This document shows, in pieces, positions 36,761-49,386 of a stretch of DNA of 64,000 nt. The notes beneath the pieces were generated by a model that saw nothing but the letters and a program-made list of their open reading frames with translations, was not told where the DNA came from and did no database searches. Position 1 is the first letter of the stretch; each line of letters begins with the position of its first letter. This stretch comes from Mobula hypostoma (taxonomy: Eukaryota), in assembly GCF_963921235.1 (NCBI RefSeq), contig NC_086097.1:59398001-59462000 (forward strand), in the 5' to 3' direction. The position numbers were made by a program, and so were the translations under genes.

Positions 36761-36983
36761 ACTATAATCAGCAGAGCTAGTCACAATGATCTTCTACAAT
36801 CATTCACCAGGTAATTGTAACTATTTTTTATTTTTCATGTATTTTACCTATTAACTTTTTAAATGGGAAAAATGCTACTGAATATATGGGAGAGAATGTT
36901 TCCTTTATTAATATTTCAGTTACCTTGGTCACAAATAATTACAAGTAATAAATCTGCCAGATGAAAACTTTATCACTACCCTG

Positions 36984-38318
36984 TGTCATAAGGGCAGGGG
37001 GCATTGATGGCAGACCCAAATGCAAGACACAGACACTGAAGTACTAGGAACAGGACTAGGTTTGTCGAGAAAACAAGGGAAGAAACGACACAGGACATTG
37101 ACACAGGCCCCTGACGAGACCAAGATTCAGGGCCTGGGCTAGGACTTGGACTAGAAGCACTGGACCCAGATGTGGAACTAGGAACAAGGAGCCTGGACTA
37201 GGAACTCGGAACTCCAGAACCAGAGTTTGGACAAGGACTCAGAACCTCGGTCTTGTTTTGGACTCAGAACCAGAACCCGGGTCTAAGCTAGGACTCGGGA
37301 CTAGAATCTTGGCAAGGACTCAGAACTAGGATATTGGCAAGGACTCAGGACATGGCTACAGGACAGGACGAGGTACCCCAGCACAGGACGAGGAATCTCC
37401 AGCACCGGGCTGAGCGAGGAACTCCTAGGCTGGGCGAAGAACTGGAACTAGATGAGGACACAAAGCTCAGATTTGGGCAGAGCTAGAACACAGCACCTGG
37501 ACTTGGTCTTGGAGCACAGGAACACAGAGCCTTGGTCTTGGAGCACAGGAACACAGAGCCTTGGACGTGGACTGGTCACTCAGAGCCTTGGACGTGGACT
37601 GGACAAGGTACTCCAGGGCAGGATGAGGCTCTTGGACTAGGTTTGGCTTGGCTCTTGGACTTGGCTTGTTTAGGTTCTTGGGTACGGAGCCAGGACTTCT
37701 CCTTGGAGAACAGGGCCGGGACCCTTTCTAGGACGCAGGGCCGGGATGTCTGCTGAGGGAACTGCAGAGGTAAACTGCCGAGGGACTCCTGGACTGGACA
37801 AGGCACATGGACAGGACAAGAACACAAAGCCTTGACTTGGACAGGACTAGAACACAGCACCTGGAACTTGGAAAACAGGAACACAGAACACAGAGCCAGG
37901 TCCCTTCCTTGGGATCAGGACTTAGGGCCAGGGCTTTACATAGAGTCAGGACCCCTCCTTGGGAACAGGACCTAGGGCTGGGACTCTTCTTTAACACAGA
38001 CACTAAACACAGGGACACAAAGGGATAGTTCCAAACTCAACAATAGATAGTTCCTTATCTTGGCATGGCAAGGCACCAGTCTCACTCCAGCAGCTAAACT
38101 TGACAGGGATGCAGACAAGGCTTCAAAAGGAAGAGGAAGGGAACAGTCCCACCAGGAATCCTTGGTTTGAGAGGTATTTATGTGCCAGCCCAAAACGAGA
38201 ATCAGGTGTCTCAATTAAGGCACACAATGGAACAATGGAAAACAGGAAAATCTGGAATAAGGAGTCAACGGACTGGACCATGAACCGGAATGCGGACTTC
38301 ACGGACCGGATCATGACA
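36984..38318 (-). mobile_element. Solo LTR (Gypsy-type) expanded by internal tandem repeats
   Basis: TGTCAT...ATGACA termini, 5-bp flanks ccctg/cccta, a minus-strand end gtgtcttgcatttgggtc...tgaca typical of fish Gypsy LTRs; internal repeats such as 29 bp x2 at 37502-37559. Confidence 0.75.
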
Positions 38319-38449
38319 CCCTATTTTCTTGTCTCTTAACAGCATATTTCCCTTTGCCCCATTTATCATAATGAAGATATTACATTTGAAGTTCAGGCCA
38401 ATTAAAGGAGATAGATTAAGAACGTACAATGATGTTGCGACAACCTTTC

Positions 38450-38960
38450 AACCTTCTCAAAGATCAATGTAACCCTTGCCTTCCATATACCCCTCCACTG
38501 TGCGTTTATCCATGTGCCTATCTAAAAGTCTGTTAAGTGTTCTTAATATATCTGTTTCTACTGCCATCCCTGGCAGTGCATTCCATGCACCCACCACTCT
38601 CAAAGTAAAAAACTTACCAGTGATATCCCCTCTATACTTTCCACCAATCATCTTAAAATCATTCTTTTCATAATAGCTATTTCTGTACTAGGACAATGTC
38701 TCAAGCTGTCTATGCCTCTTATTATCTTGGACACCTCGATGAAGTCGCCTTTCAATCTCCTTTGCTCCAAAAGGAAAAGCCATAACTCACTCAACCTTTC
38801 TTCACAAAATATGCTCTCCAATCCAGGCAACATCATGGTAAATCTCCTCTGCTCCCTCTCTATCCCTTCTTATAATGAGATGATGAGAACTGAACTCAAA
38901 TTTCCAAGTGTGGTCTAACTAGAGTTTTATAGAGCTGCAGTGTTACCTTATGGTACTTAT
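38450..38960 (-). mobile_element. CR1 LINE 3' fragment
   Basis: ORFs 38457-38651 (FFTLRVVGAWNALP) and 38648-38836 (RRLKGDFIEV). Confidence 0.85.
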
Positions 38961-39990
38961 GAATAGGATCATTCAACAGGAGACTGTCATAGACCCAATC
39001 TTAAGTAATAACATTTAATGTGGCTACTTAACCATATTCTGGAAGTTCCATATATTCTGCATCAACTTGTTTTCCACTTATCTGTTCCACTGTGTACATT
39101 CAGAAAAAAAAACTGAAACTTAGCAGGTATGATCTTCCATGTTGCCTTTATCATTCAACGACTTTTTAAAGTGCAGAGTTACAAATCCCCTTACCAATTC
39201 TCTTTTCTTGAAAAGCTGTGTTTTATTTATATTATTGCTTTGTAGAAACTGAGGCCAAATTTTGAGATTGTGATTTGGAAGAATGAGACTAATGACCATC
39301 CTATCATCCCATAGACAACCCACCAGTTTTCCTGTGGCCAGTAGTGGTTGATAACTCATTCATGAATAAGTATCCAGTGAGAGACAAGGGTTGAATTTGG
39401 TGTTCATTAAGGTTCAGAGATTACTTACGGTTGAGCTTCAGACTTAAAACCCATTGTTTCTCCCAGAACAGGAAGACAACAAGCTAAAGATATGAATCTG
39501 AATTTGATCAGAAGGGAAAGAAATTAAATTTCTCAGTGGCAGAAATATTCTTCCAACCTAAGCATTTACAGCTCCAGTTGACCAGAGATGAATTTTCAAT
39601 GCAGTATCTTTTTCATCATAACTGACATCTGCATTCACCTACTTTCACTCCTACCTGTACATGTAGTCCGTCACCTACTTACTTCTACATGTAGTCAATC
39701 TACGGCATATTTCTATTTGAAGGTGCTGAGTGAAGGTTAAACACATTTAGTATTGTTTCCCATGGAAAGAAAAGTCCTTTATTGACAGGACTGGGCCAGA
39801 CTTGATTTTTTTTACATCTTAATCTTATTAAAACAGCAGGAAGCATTTCACAAATACTCCAAATTCCAGGGAAAAGTTCCATTTCTCAGCCCACAAAGGA
39901 GCCTTCAGTTCTTCTACTTCACCAGTGAGAACAGGCAATGCACAGTAGCCTGTCTCTTCAGTGCTGCATTTTATCCAGGAATGCCTAAAG

Positions 39991-40070
39991 CAGGGGTTCC
40001 CAACCTTTTTAATGCCATGGATGAATACCATTCATCAAAAGCTCCATAGGCCCCAGGTCGGGAGCCCCTG
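39991..40070. mobile_element. 80-bp hAT-type MITE
   Basis: TIRs caggggttcccaacct / aggtcgggagcccctg; 8-bp flanks gcctaaag/gtccaaag (6/8). Confidence 0.75.
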
Positions 40071-41227
40071 GTCCAAAGGATGGACTCATTAAAGTTCTTC
40101 GGTTCTTCTATCCAGCCCACAAGCAGAACACATATCCCAAAAGAGGCAAATGAATGAATCATGCCTCTTGGCTTCTTGATAGAGCATACAGCATTGCAAA
40201 ATGTTTTGCATATAGTGTATCCTATTGGAATTTAGCCCTCTTGACTTCAGGCTGTACTTAAAATTTCCACCTATGCCTCCAACCATTTTCTACCACTATT
40301 AGTTCTCCCATTCTGTAGTCTCACGTTATCAAGAATCTGTTCATTTCCCATGCATGTCAATGGGTTGATGATATTGCTCACTCTGGAGTCCATGCTGGTG
40401 ATGCAGACAAAACCCAATTCATAATGGGACAAGTAGCAGCCTGACAAAACTTGCAGAGTCCTCATCATTTTGCGAAGAATGAATGTGCTTGGCTCTTCCA
40501 CTTGCTCTAGAATTCATTCCGCAGGACAGAGTTGATCCCTCTTTGAGCAGATATTACTGGCTCCCTCTCTTTTTCATTACTTAAGTGATATACTTTGGAT
40601 GCCCCAACTTATGCAAGGCAATAAGTTGAACAAACATAAAGAATGTAGCTGAAGAATTTATTGATTTTTGAAAGCTGTTCTATTTTTGCACAATCTATAG
40701 GAAAGATAGTGAGGATGAAATGCCACTTCTGTTTGTATTACATTCCAAATACAACATTACTATCAACTTGGATCGTTTGATTTTGAAAAGTAAATAAACC
40801 CAAGGTTGTGTAGAAGCAACCCATGGTCTGTGGGCATAACTGTATTGGAAAAGGATTTGTCTGACACTGGAATCTCTTGAAATTACTCACTGAATAATTT
40901 AAATATCTTTCTGCCTGTTTGTCATGCATACACTGAGTACAATGGGGTTGGGGGGGGGGTTGAACAATGGAGGATAGCCAACTGTGAATATTGCACTTAA
41001 AACAAATAATAAAGTCTCAGTGCAGAGGAATGGAGCATCCATCCAGGTCCTGGGAACCGTGCAAATATTTAATTGGGCCTGGCAGATTAAGGGGACATTA
41101 AAGGCAGTTGAGAAAAGCACAGGCATTTAAAATCTAAGCACCGGAGCCCACACAGATTTTCAGTGTTAATCTACACTATTGAACAGATGGTGAGGGAACT
41201 TGCCAGGAGCCACAGGAGTTCCATCAG

Positions 41228-41345
41228 TCGGCTGTGGCTCAGTGGATAGCACTCCTGACTCTAAGTCAGAGGTTAGAATTTCAAGTCTGACTTCAGGAAT
41301 TGAAGCAAATTAATTCATGCTGATGTTTCATAGTAAAACTGAATT
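41228..41345 (+). mobile_element. tRNA-derived SINE head (DeuSINE/SacSINE1-like)
   Basis: ggctgtggctcagtggatagcactc...gtcagaggtt...ttcaagtc with pol III A and B box remnants. Confidence 0.6.
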
Positions 41346-42179
41346 CCAAAATTCTTACCTTTCATTTAAAATCCTTATCCTTTCTAATGTTACAAGTTTT
41401 ATAAATATATTCTTAGTGAAATAATTCCTTCTCAGTCCTCTTCTCTGGGAGAGTCCTCACCATCAGTGATTTCAGAAGTTTCTTCAATCCATTCTCCTCT
41501 TCCTCCTCTGTGTTCACTCCCATTAATCCTCCCTAAATCTCTCTCAACATAAACTCTTCTCAAATCATACTTATGGCCACCTGCTTGGCGTTGCTGCTTC
41601 ATGTAACCTAAATACCCCTCTTTATCTCAATCATTTCTGCTTTCCCCTCTCCTTTCCCAACCATGCCTTCATCACTGTCAGAATCTGGAGCAAGATCTCT
41701 GAACTTTCAAAGTGTCACTTAACTTGATTTTGGTATGAGATGTTTGCATTTCCTATGATATCTCTGAGGCCTCCATTCTGCCTAACCAAAGATTTACTGT
41801 TCTCTTTGATGCCATGGTCCCATTAAATACTCACCTCGTCAGATTTGTATTACCCTTATTTCTGCTCATTTAAGTCCAAAGCACACTACACTATGTGGAT
41901 AATATGGACAACTTTTAAAATTAATTTATTTATCTTTGAGAAATGGTGGTGAGCTGCCTTTTTAAACCTCTGTAGTCCTCCTAGTGAGTAGTATACTGTT
42001 GGCTAAAAGGATTTTCAGGACTTAAACCCAGCAACATGAAGGACTGACAATATATTTCTACATCCAAATGTTGTGCATTTCGGAGGGAATCCAGAATGTG
42101 GAGGTGATCTCAAGTGTAAATCTACTGATTATTCCAGGATCACCTTGAAATTAAAAAAAACAATTGCTTATATCTGATT

Positions 42180-42500
42180 CGCAAACATGAGGAATTCTGC
42201 AGATGCTGGAAATTCAAGCAACACACATCAAAGTTGCTGGTGAACGCAGCAGGCCAGGCAGCATCTCTAGGAAGAGGTACAGTCGACGTTTCAGGCCGAG
42301 ACCCTTTGTCAGGACTAACTGAAGAAAGAGCTAGTAAGAGATTTTTGTAAATCTCTTTTGTAAATTTTTGAGCTAGTAAATCTCTTACTCGCTCTTCCTT
42401 CAGTTAGTCCTGACGAAGGGTCTCGGCCTGAAACGTCGACTGTACCTCTTCCTAGAGATGCTGCCTGGCCTGCTGTGTTCACCAGCAACTTTGATGTGCG
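42180..42500. mobile_element. Fold-back PLE pLTR insertion
   Basis: Inverted arms at ~42216-42343 and 42378-42506; 16-bp TSD ttgcttatatctgatt (42164-42179, 42501-42516). Confidence 0.88.
42405..42442 (+). ncRNA. Minimal type I hammerhead ribozyme motif
   Basis: tagtc-CTGACGA-aggGTCTCGGcct-GAAA-cgTC-gactg: intact core, stem I, stem II and palindromic ACGT stem III. Confidence 0.8.
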
Positions 42501-43049
42501 TTGCTTATATCTGATTATTCCATTCTCATCTCCAAAGCCCATACCAACAGTCCCCCGTCTTCTTTTGACAATAAGATTAAAATCATATGCTCAGTCATAA
42601 CTCTTGCTTCCATCCCTCTTCATTGCTCTCTGGGCTAAATATTATAGTTATCTTCACTTATCTTCTCTGCCTTTGTGAAATCTCCCTTTTGCCTGAGAAC
42701 TACTTTCCACTCCTTTGACGATATTCCTACTAAGCTGCTGTTCTTCTAACATCCTTCTTGTCCACCACTCCACATGTTCCCATGCACCCATACCCTTCCC
42801 ATGAGCTGACATTTTTATTTATCTGTGCAGGTAATCACCAACTTGAATCAAAAACAAGCCTTTGATCTTTCTATCTTTAAGTAGCTTCAAATCTCCTTCC
42901 TTTCAAAGATTTCTGAAGTCATTCACTGCCTTTCTGTAAATTTCTCCTTTCAGTCTTCCTTTTCTCATTTCAACTCCTAACATTGCACCTGAACAGCTCT
43001 TATGAAAGTCACTATTGGCCCCTGATATGTATCTGTCCTTTTTGGTCTG

Positions 43050-45500
43050 AATGGTAGATAACACCACCCTGCTCACTCCTTCTAAAGTAGTTCCTCAGGT
43101 CTGAGGATAAGTTACTTCTATGATCCTGAATGCCATTTCCATACTGCCAAAAGATGATGTTATGCAGATACTCAGGGTATTGAATGTCGTAATCAGCAAA
43201 CAACGAACAGCATATCCCCACACTTTCAATACATTGTCAGGGACTTCAGTTAGGCTCGTTTGAAGAAATCTCTGTCCATTTATCATCAACATATCACCTT
43301 CAGCCTAAGAGGGCCTAACACACTCAACCTCTCTTATACTATGATTAATAATGCTTACCGTTCTGTCCCTAGACCACATTTTGGGAAAACTGATCATCTG
43401 GTTGTCCTACACCTACCTGCATACAGGCAGAGGCTAAAGAGCAACACTCCAGAGGTAAGGAAAACAAAGACCTGATCATGGGAGGTAGAGGAGCAGCCAA
43501 GGAAATGCTTCAATTCAATGGACTGGGCCATGTTTGAGGAATCATCAGGTGATCTGAACGAACATGCCACAGCTGTCATGGACTTTATAAAGACAGTCAT
43601 AGATGAATGTGTGCCCACAAAATCCTCAACAAGAAGCTCTGGATGAACCCTGAGATCTGCAATCTGCTGAGCGCCAGATTAGTGGCATTCAGGTCTGCTG
43701 ACCAAGTAAAATGCAAGCAGGCCCAGGTTTGACCTCCAGAAAGCACTGAATCACTGAAGGACGCGTGAGAGCTGTGGGAGGGTTTGAATGCTATCATCTT
43801 CTACAAAATGAAACCAAACGAGGTTTTGCTCCCAGATGAGCTCACTGCATTTTATGCTCACTTTGACCATCAGAACATGGAGATACCTGCAGGCACTTCC
43901 ACAAGCCCTGATGACTCTGTGATTTCAGTCTCTTCAGCCAACATGAGAACATCCTTAAGGAAGGTAAACAGACAGAAAGCATCTGGTACCTGGCTGAGTA
44001 CTAACGACTTGTGCTGATCAACTGGCTGGAAAGTTCACTGATATCATTAACCTTTCACTTCAGTAGTTTGAGGTATCTATTTGCTTCAAGAAGGCTTCAA
44101 TTATATTGGGTCCCAAGAAGAACGTGGTAACTTGCCTCAATAATTATTGTCGAGTAACACTTACATCCATGGTGATGAAGTGTTTTGAGAGATTAGACAT
44201 GAAACATGTCAACTCCGGATTGAGAAGTGACTTGGGTCTGCTCCAATTTGCCTAATGTCATAACTGGTCAACAGCAGATGCCATATCATTAGTTTTTCTC
44301 TTAACCCTGGAACACGTGGGCAGTGAAGATGCACACATCAGTATGTTCTTCATTGGCTACAGCTCGGCATTCAATACTATTACCCCCTCAAGTTGTATCC
44401 TAGATTTCTTGACTTGTAGACCCTGTCAGTTCAGATTGGCAACAACATCTCCTCCACAATCGCCATCAGCGCAGGTGCACCATAGGTTATGTGTTCAGCT
44501 CCCTACTTCACTCTTGTTATACTTATGATGGTGAGGTGAATCACAGCTCCAATGTCATATTTCACTGTGCTGATTGCATGAATCAAAGGTGGTGATGAAT
44601 ATAGGATGGAGATTGAATATCTGGCTGTGTGGTGCCACAACAACCTCTCACTCACACAATATCAACAAGACCAAGGAGATGATTTTTGAATACAGAAGGA
44701 GGAAATCAGCCAGACTTCATCTGGGGATTAGAAGTGGAAAGGGTCAGCAATTTTAAATTCCGAAGCGTTATCATTTTAGAGGATCTGTCTGGGCCCAGCA
44801 CATTACAGAGTGCTGTTACAGAGAAAGCAAAGCAGTACCTCCAGTTTCATTGTAGTTTGCAAAGACTCAGGATGTAATCTAAAACTTTGCAAACTTCTAT
44901 AGAGGTGTGTTGGAGAGTATATTGATTGGTTGCATCATGGCCTGGTGTGGAAACATTAATGCCCTTGAATGGAAAAGCCTACAAAAATAGTTGATATAGC
45001 CCAGTTCATCATGGGTTAAGTCCTCCCCACCATTAGTACTTCTACTTGGAGTGCAGTTGCAGGGAAGCAGCATCCACCAAGAACCCCAACCATCCAGACC
45101 ATTCTCCCTTCTCACTACAGCCATCAGAAAGGAGGTACTGGAGCCTCAGGGACATCATCACCAGGTTCAACAGCAGTCACTACCCCTCGACAGTCAGGCT
45201 CTTGAACTAGAGGGATTAACTTCACTCAGCTTTGCTCACCCCTACACCGAACTATTCCCAGAAACAGCGGATTCACTCTCAAGAAACCTTCATCTCATGT
45301 TCTCAGTATTTATTGTTTGTTTGTTTATTTATTTATTTTTGTATGTGTACAGTTTATTGCCTTTTGTGCATTTGTGCTTACCTGCCTGATTTTATTGAGT
45401 TTCTTTGCATTTACTGTGAACACCCACAGCAAAATGAATCTCAGGGATAAATAAGGTGACATATATGTACTTTGAGAATAACCTTACTCTGAACTTTGGA
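43050..45500 (+). mobile_element. Rex1/Babar LINE, decayed, with internal deletions
   Basis: PRPHFGKTDHLVVLHLPAYRQRLK, LPDELTAFYAHFD, IGYSSAFNTITP and VERVSNFKF motifs, then a tail. Confidence 0.88.
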
Positions 45501-45889
45501 TTTGTGGATTCTGAGGTGGCTGATGAGGCCACTACAAGAGCTAATAACTCAGCTGCAAATTGAGCAGTAAGTGGGCTTACTCGGTAGACAGGCCAGCAGT
45601 TTGTAAGATTTTGTGCTTCTTCAGCTGCTTGCGTCGGGCTTCTTCATGTTCCCAAAGCAAGACGTTCATATTCTCTAAATAATCCTGAATGCTCCATCTA
45701 CAGTATATCGGGGTGGTCATGGGCCACAAATTTTCAGGAGTGTGGAATGTTGCATTTTATAAAAGGGGCTTAGAACACATTTTTGAGTAATTTTTCTTTG
45801 CCCGTCTGGTATTCACTTCCAAAGACAATGCTTGGAACAGAAGGTTAGTTTTGGGAGCCTGGTGTCAGGGGTAAAAATTATGTGACCCA

Positions 45890-47170
45890 CTGTGGAAGTC
45901 ACTAGCAGTACAGTGGAAGTTTCAGATGTCAGGAGTCACGAAATGTGTGAAGTTACCATTACTAGGGAGAAGGCTCTTGGGAAACTGAAAAGTTTGAAAG
46001 TAAATAAGTCACCTGCACTAGATGGTGTATAGCCCAGGATTCTGAAAGAGATGACTGAAGAGATCCTGGAGGTTTTTGTAGTGATCTTTCAAGAATCTCT
46101 AGATTTTTGAATGGTTCATCGAAGAATGGAAAATTGCAAATGTCACTGCAGTCTTCAAGAAGGAGGAGAGGCAGAAGGAAGGAAATTATAGGCTAGCTAG
46201 TCTGACTTCAGTGGTTGGGAAGATGTTGGAGTCAATTGTTAAGGATGTGGTTCAGGGTAGTTGAGGGTACATGATGTAATAGATTGTAGTCAGCATGGTT
46301 TCCTCGAGGGAAAATCTTGCCTGACAAATCTATTGGAAAGATTCTAGCTTGGATAAACCAGTGGCTGATGGCAGGAGTCAAAGTGTGGGAATAAAGGGAG
46401 CCTTTTCTGGTTGGCTGCCAGTGACTAATACTGTTCTAAAGGGAATGATTCTTTTCATGTTATATGCCAATGATTTGTAAAAACAGAATTGATGACTTGG
46501 TTGCAAAGTTTGCAGACAATATAAAGATAAATGGAAGGACAGGTAGCTTTGAGGAAGTAGAGAGACTACAGAGGACTCAGACAGAATGGGACAATGGACA
46601 TAGAAGTGGCAGATGGAAGACAGTGTCAGGAAGTGGTTGTTCATGCACTTTGGTAGAAGTAATCAAAGGGTAGACTATTTTCTAAATGGAGAGAAAATAC
46701 ACAAAAAAAATCTGAGGAGCAAAGGGACTTGTGAGTCCTTGTGCAGGATTCCCTAAAGGTTAGTTTGCAAGCTGAGTCTATGGCATTGAAGGTAAATTCA
46801 ATGTTAGCATTCATTTCAAGAGGACGAGTATATAAAAGCAAGGATGTAATGTTGAGATATTATAAAGCACTGGTAAGTACTTACTTGGAGTATTAAGAAC
46901 AGTTTTGGGCCCCTTGTCTTAAAAAGGACATTTTGAAACTGGAAAGGATTCAAATGAGGTTCATGAAAATGATTTCAGACTGAACTGCTTGTCATATGAA
47001 GAGTGTTTGATGGCTCTGAGCCTGTATTCACTATAATTTGGAAGAATGAGGGGTGACCTTTTTGAAACCTATCAAATGTTGAAAGGCTTAGATAGAGTGG
47101 ATGTGGAGAGTATGTTTTCTACAGTGGGAGAGTTTAAGTCCAGACAGCACAGCCTCAGAATAGAGGGGTG
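45890..47170 (+). mobile_element. CR1 LINE RT region, decayed
   Basis: GNYR..SLTSVVGKMLE (46180-46230), GKSCLTNL, VAKFADNIK, RMRGDLFETY. Confidence 0.88.
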
Positions 47171-47781
47171 TTCTGATGTGTCACTGCAGGATTCAATTGC
47201 AAGTTTATCTTCCACTCCTGGTAGCATCATTCCTTCTAGTATCCTGCAGGATCTAAAAATCCGGCCCCTCTTTTCTATGCAAGTTGTCCCACAGCATGTC
47301 ATCTGGGTCCATGTAGAGATTCTGATCTAAAGGCCAATCAATAGGTCAAGCACAAGGATGTGGACAATACCTTAAATAAATTTTTCTCATCTATATTCAC
47401 TAATGGAGAAAGACATTATAGTTTGAGAATTCATGGAGATCAACAGTGAAATTTTACATATCATTAAAAAACTGGAGGTACTAAATAACCCATTAAAAGT
47501 GGATAAATCACTAAGACCTGTGGAGCCTTATCCCCTACAGCTATGGGTACAACGGTGGAGTTTGCTGTGATCCTGATACCAAAGTTTCTGTTTCTCTGCT
47601 CTATGACTGTTAGATGGTTACTCTATCATTAGAAGGCATTACTTCAGTTTCAAATTCTACTGAAACACTAATTTACTTTACTAACAATTTGTCAGACTGT
47701 TGAGCAGAACATGATGAGAAAGATCTTCCCTCAGATTCCAAATTTCATTTTCTAGTCACTATATCAACCCTCTCCTGATCC

Positions 47782-47978
47782 GGCAGCATCTCTAGGAAGA
47801 GGTACAGTCGACGTTTCAGGCTGAGACCCTTCATCAGGACTAACTGAAAGAAGAGATAGTAAGAGATTTGAAAGTGGGAGGGGGAGGGGGAGATCCAGAA
47901 TGATAGGAGAAGACAGGAGGGGGAGGGATGGAGCCAAGAGCTGGACAGGTGATTGGCAAAGGGGATATGAGAGGATCA
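47782..47978 (-). mobile_element. PLE pLTR fragment
   Basis: Same family as 1392, 42217 and 55465; continues into the purine-rich UTR. Confidence 0.8.
47805..47842 (-). ncRNA. Minimal hammerhead ribozyme motif
   Basis: Minus strand tagtc-CTGATGA-aggGTCTCAGcct-GAAA-cgTC-gactg with an intact core. Confidence 0.78.
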
Positions 47979-48229
47979 GTTTTTTGATGTATGTTGCTCC
48001 CCTCCTGACCCACTTTCTGGAATGGCTCTGGTTGGCTTTTTTATACTTGCCTCAGATGACACCCTAAACTCTTTATCAGCACAAGGCTGCCTATTTCCAT
48101 ATAGATGAAATCACAGATTCCAGTTCTGTTTCAGCTAATACATTGCTCAAACCCTCACCTACAACTTGTCTTCTATTTTTGGGCACTAGCGGCCAACTAC
48201 TATCATTCTAGCTTCCATAATCCTGTACT

Positions 48230-48650
48230 CATTCAACAGTCTGCAGCCAAGATTCTCTAAAAAGTTAAATTGAGCGTGAAATCATAACTTTGTTTATTGA
48301 TCTACACTAGGTCCCAGTTGATTTTTCAATATCTTGATTTTTCATTTTGAAATATTCCTTCTTGTTTCCATATCCTTTCATTACATTGCCTCTACCGCTC
48401 TATTTACTGACCCCAGTTAAGGGTATCTGGGTATCTTCGGATTTCACTGTCTTTAATATTAATTACACTGCCATTGGCGATAAATCTAGAATTGTCTCTC
48501 CCTGAGCCTCTCCACCACTCTTTTCTTAATATGCTCTTTTTAAAATGCTGCCACTGACTCATCCTTTGTCCACCTGCCCTAAGGTTCCTTTTCATGACTG
48601 CATTTAAATTTTATATTACTTTTGCTCCATGCAACACCTTGCAATATTTT
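48230..48650 (+). mobile_element. L2-type LINE 3' fragment, old
   Basis: gatctacactaggtcccagtt (L.WLP-like), ccattggcg...ccctgagcctctcc...ttttgctcc.tg..caccttg resemble L2 3' ends. Confidence 0.55.
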
Positions 48651-48669
48651 ATATACCAGCTATTTTTCC

Positions 48670-48897
48670 TCGTGCAGAAGAAATCCTATAGGATTCTTTT
48701 AAATGAGGGCATCATGGTTTCTTCTAGTGTCCTGGAAATAAAACCTGGATTATTAAATTCTTCCTGCATTGTGACATTTTCAAAGTTTGTGTGCAAATTT
48801 GTACAATGACCTATGACTGTGCAATATCATTGTTGGATGTGTGCTGTGGGATATTTCAAGGATATGAAAGGTGCTCTATAAAGGCAAAATTTTCTTT
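48670..48897 (+). mobile_element. DeuSINE-like 3' portion, old
   Basis: aaatcctat.g...gtgtcctgg...tgtgtgcaaatttg...tgaaaggtgctctataaaggcaaaattttcttt resembles the Deu domain plus an L2-type tail. Confidence 0.5.
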
Positions 48898-49386
48898 GGT
48901 TAAAATGTTGCTCATGGTTTTTGCATTGTTATTGGCTTGGTTTTCACTCAGGCTTAATTGGTGAACCCAATATGATTTCTCACCAGGCAAAAATTAGTGG
49001 AAGAAGGCAGAAAATCAGAGGTAGATTAATCTGTTAAAACTTGGTTTATTAGGCAGCTGTACGCAGTGTAATACAATTAACAATTAATCATCTACTGCTC
49101 AGTTCTCAATTTCTTCTTGTGGGATCCTCCGAAAAGATCTTCTCATGACATCCCTTTCCCCCACTGTCCTCTTTCATGGCAGATTAGTCAGCCCTAACCA
49201 TTTACTTACTGGGGAAACAACCATCTGATTGGTGGGATTATAATCAATATTGCCTGAGTATGGCTTCATTCCTTTTGGAATGGTGAAGGTGGCAGGTTTT
49301 GTCATCTATTGAAACCCTCACCCTCCAGACTGCAATTCCACTTGGTAATCTGGCTTTCCAGTGAACTTGCTCACATTTGGTGATGC

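Noticed and set aside
37100..38030. CRISPR-like array or repetitive protein ORFs
   Set aside because: Degenerate tandem repeats without unique spacers inside a solo LTR in eukaryotic DNA; the ORFs are by-products of low complexity
40271..40501. 76-aa minus-strand ORF in unique sequence
   Set aside because: No recognisable domain, and the length is within chance expectation
41228..41300. tRNA gene
   Set aside because: The cloverleaf is not intact and the sequence continues into a SINE body
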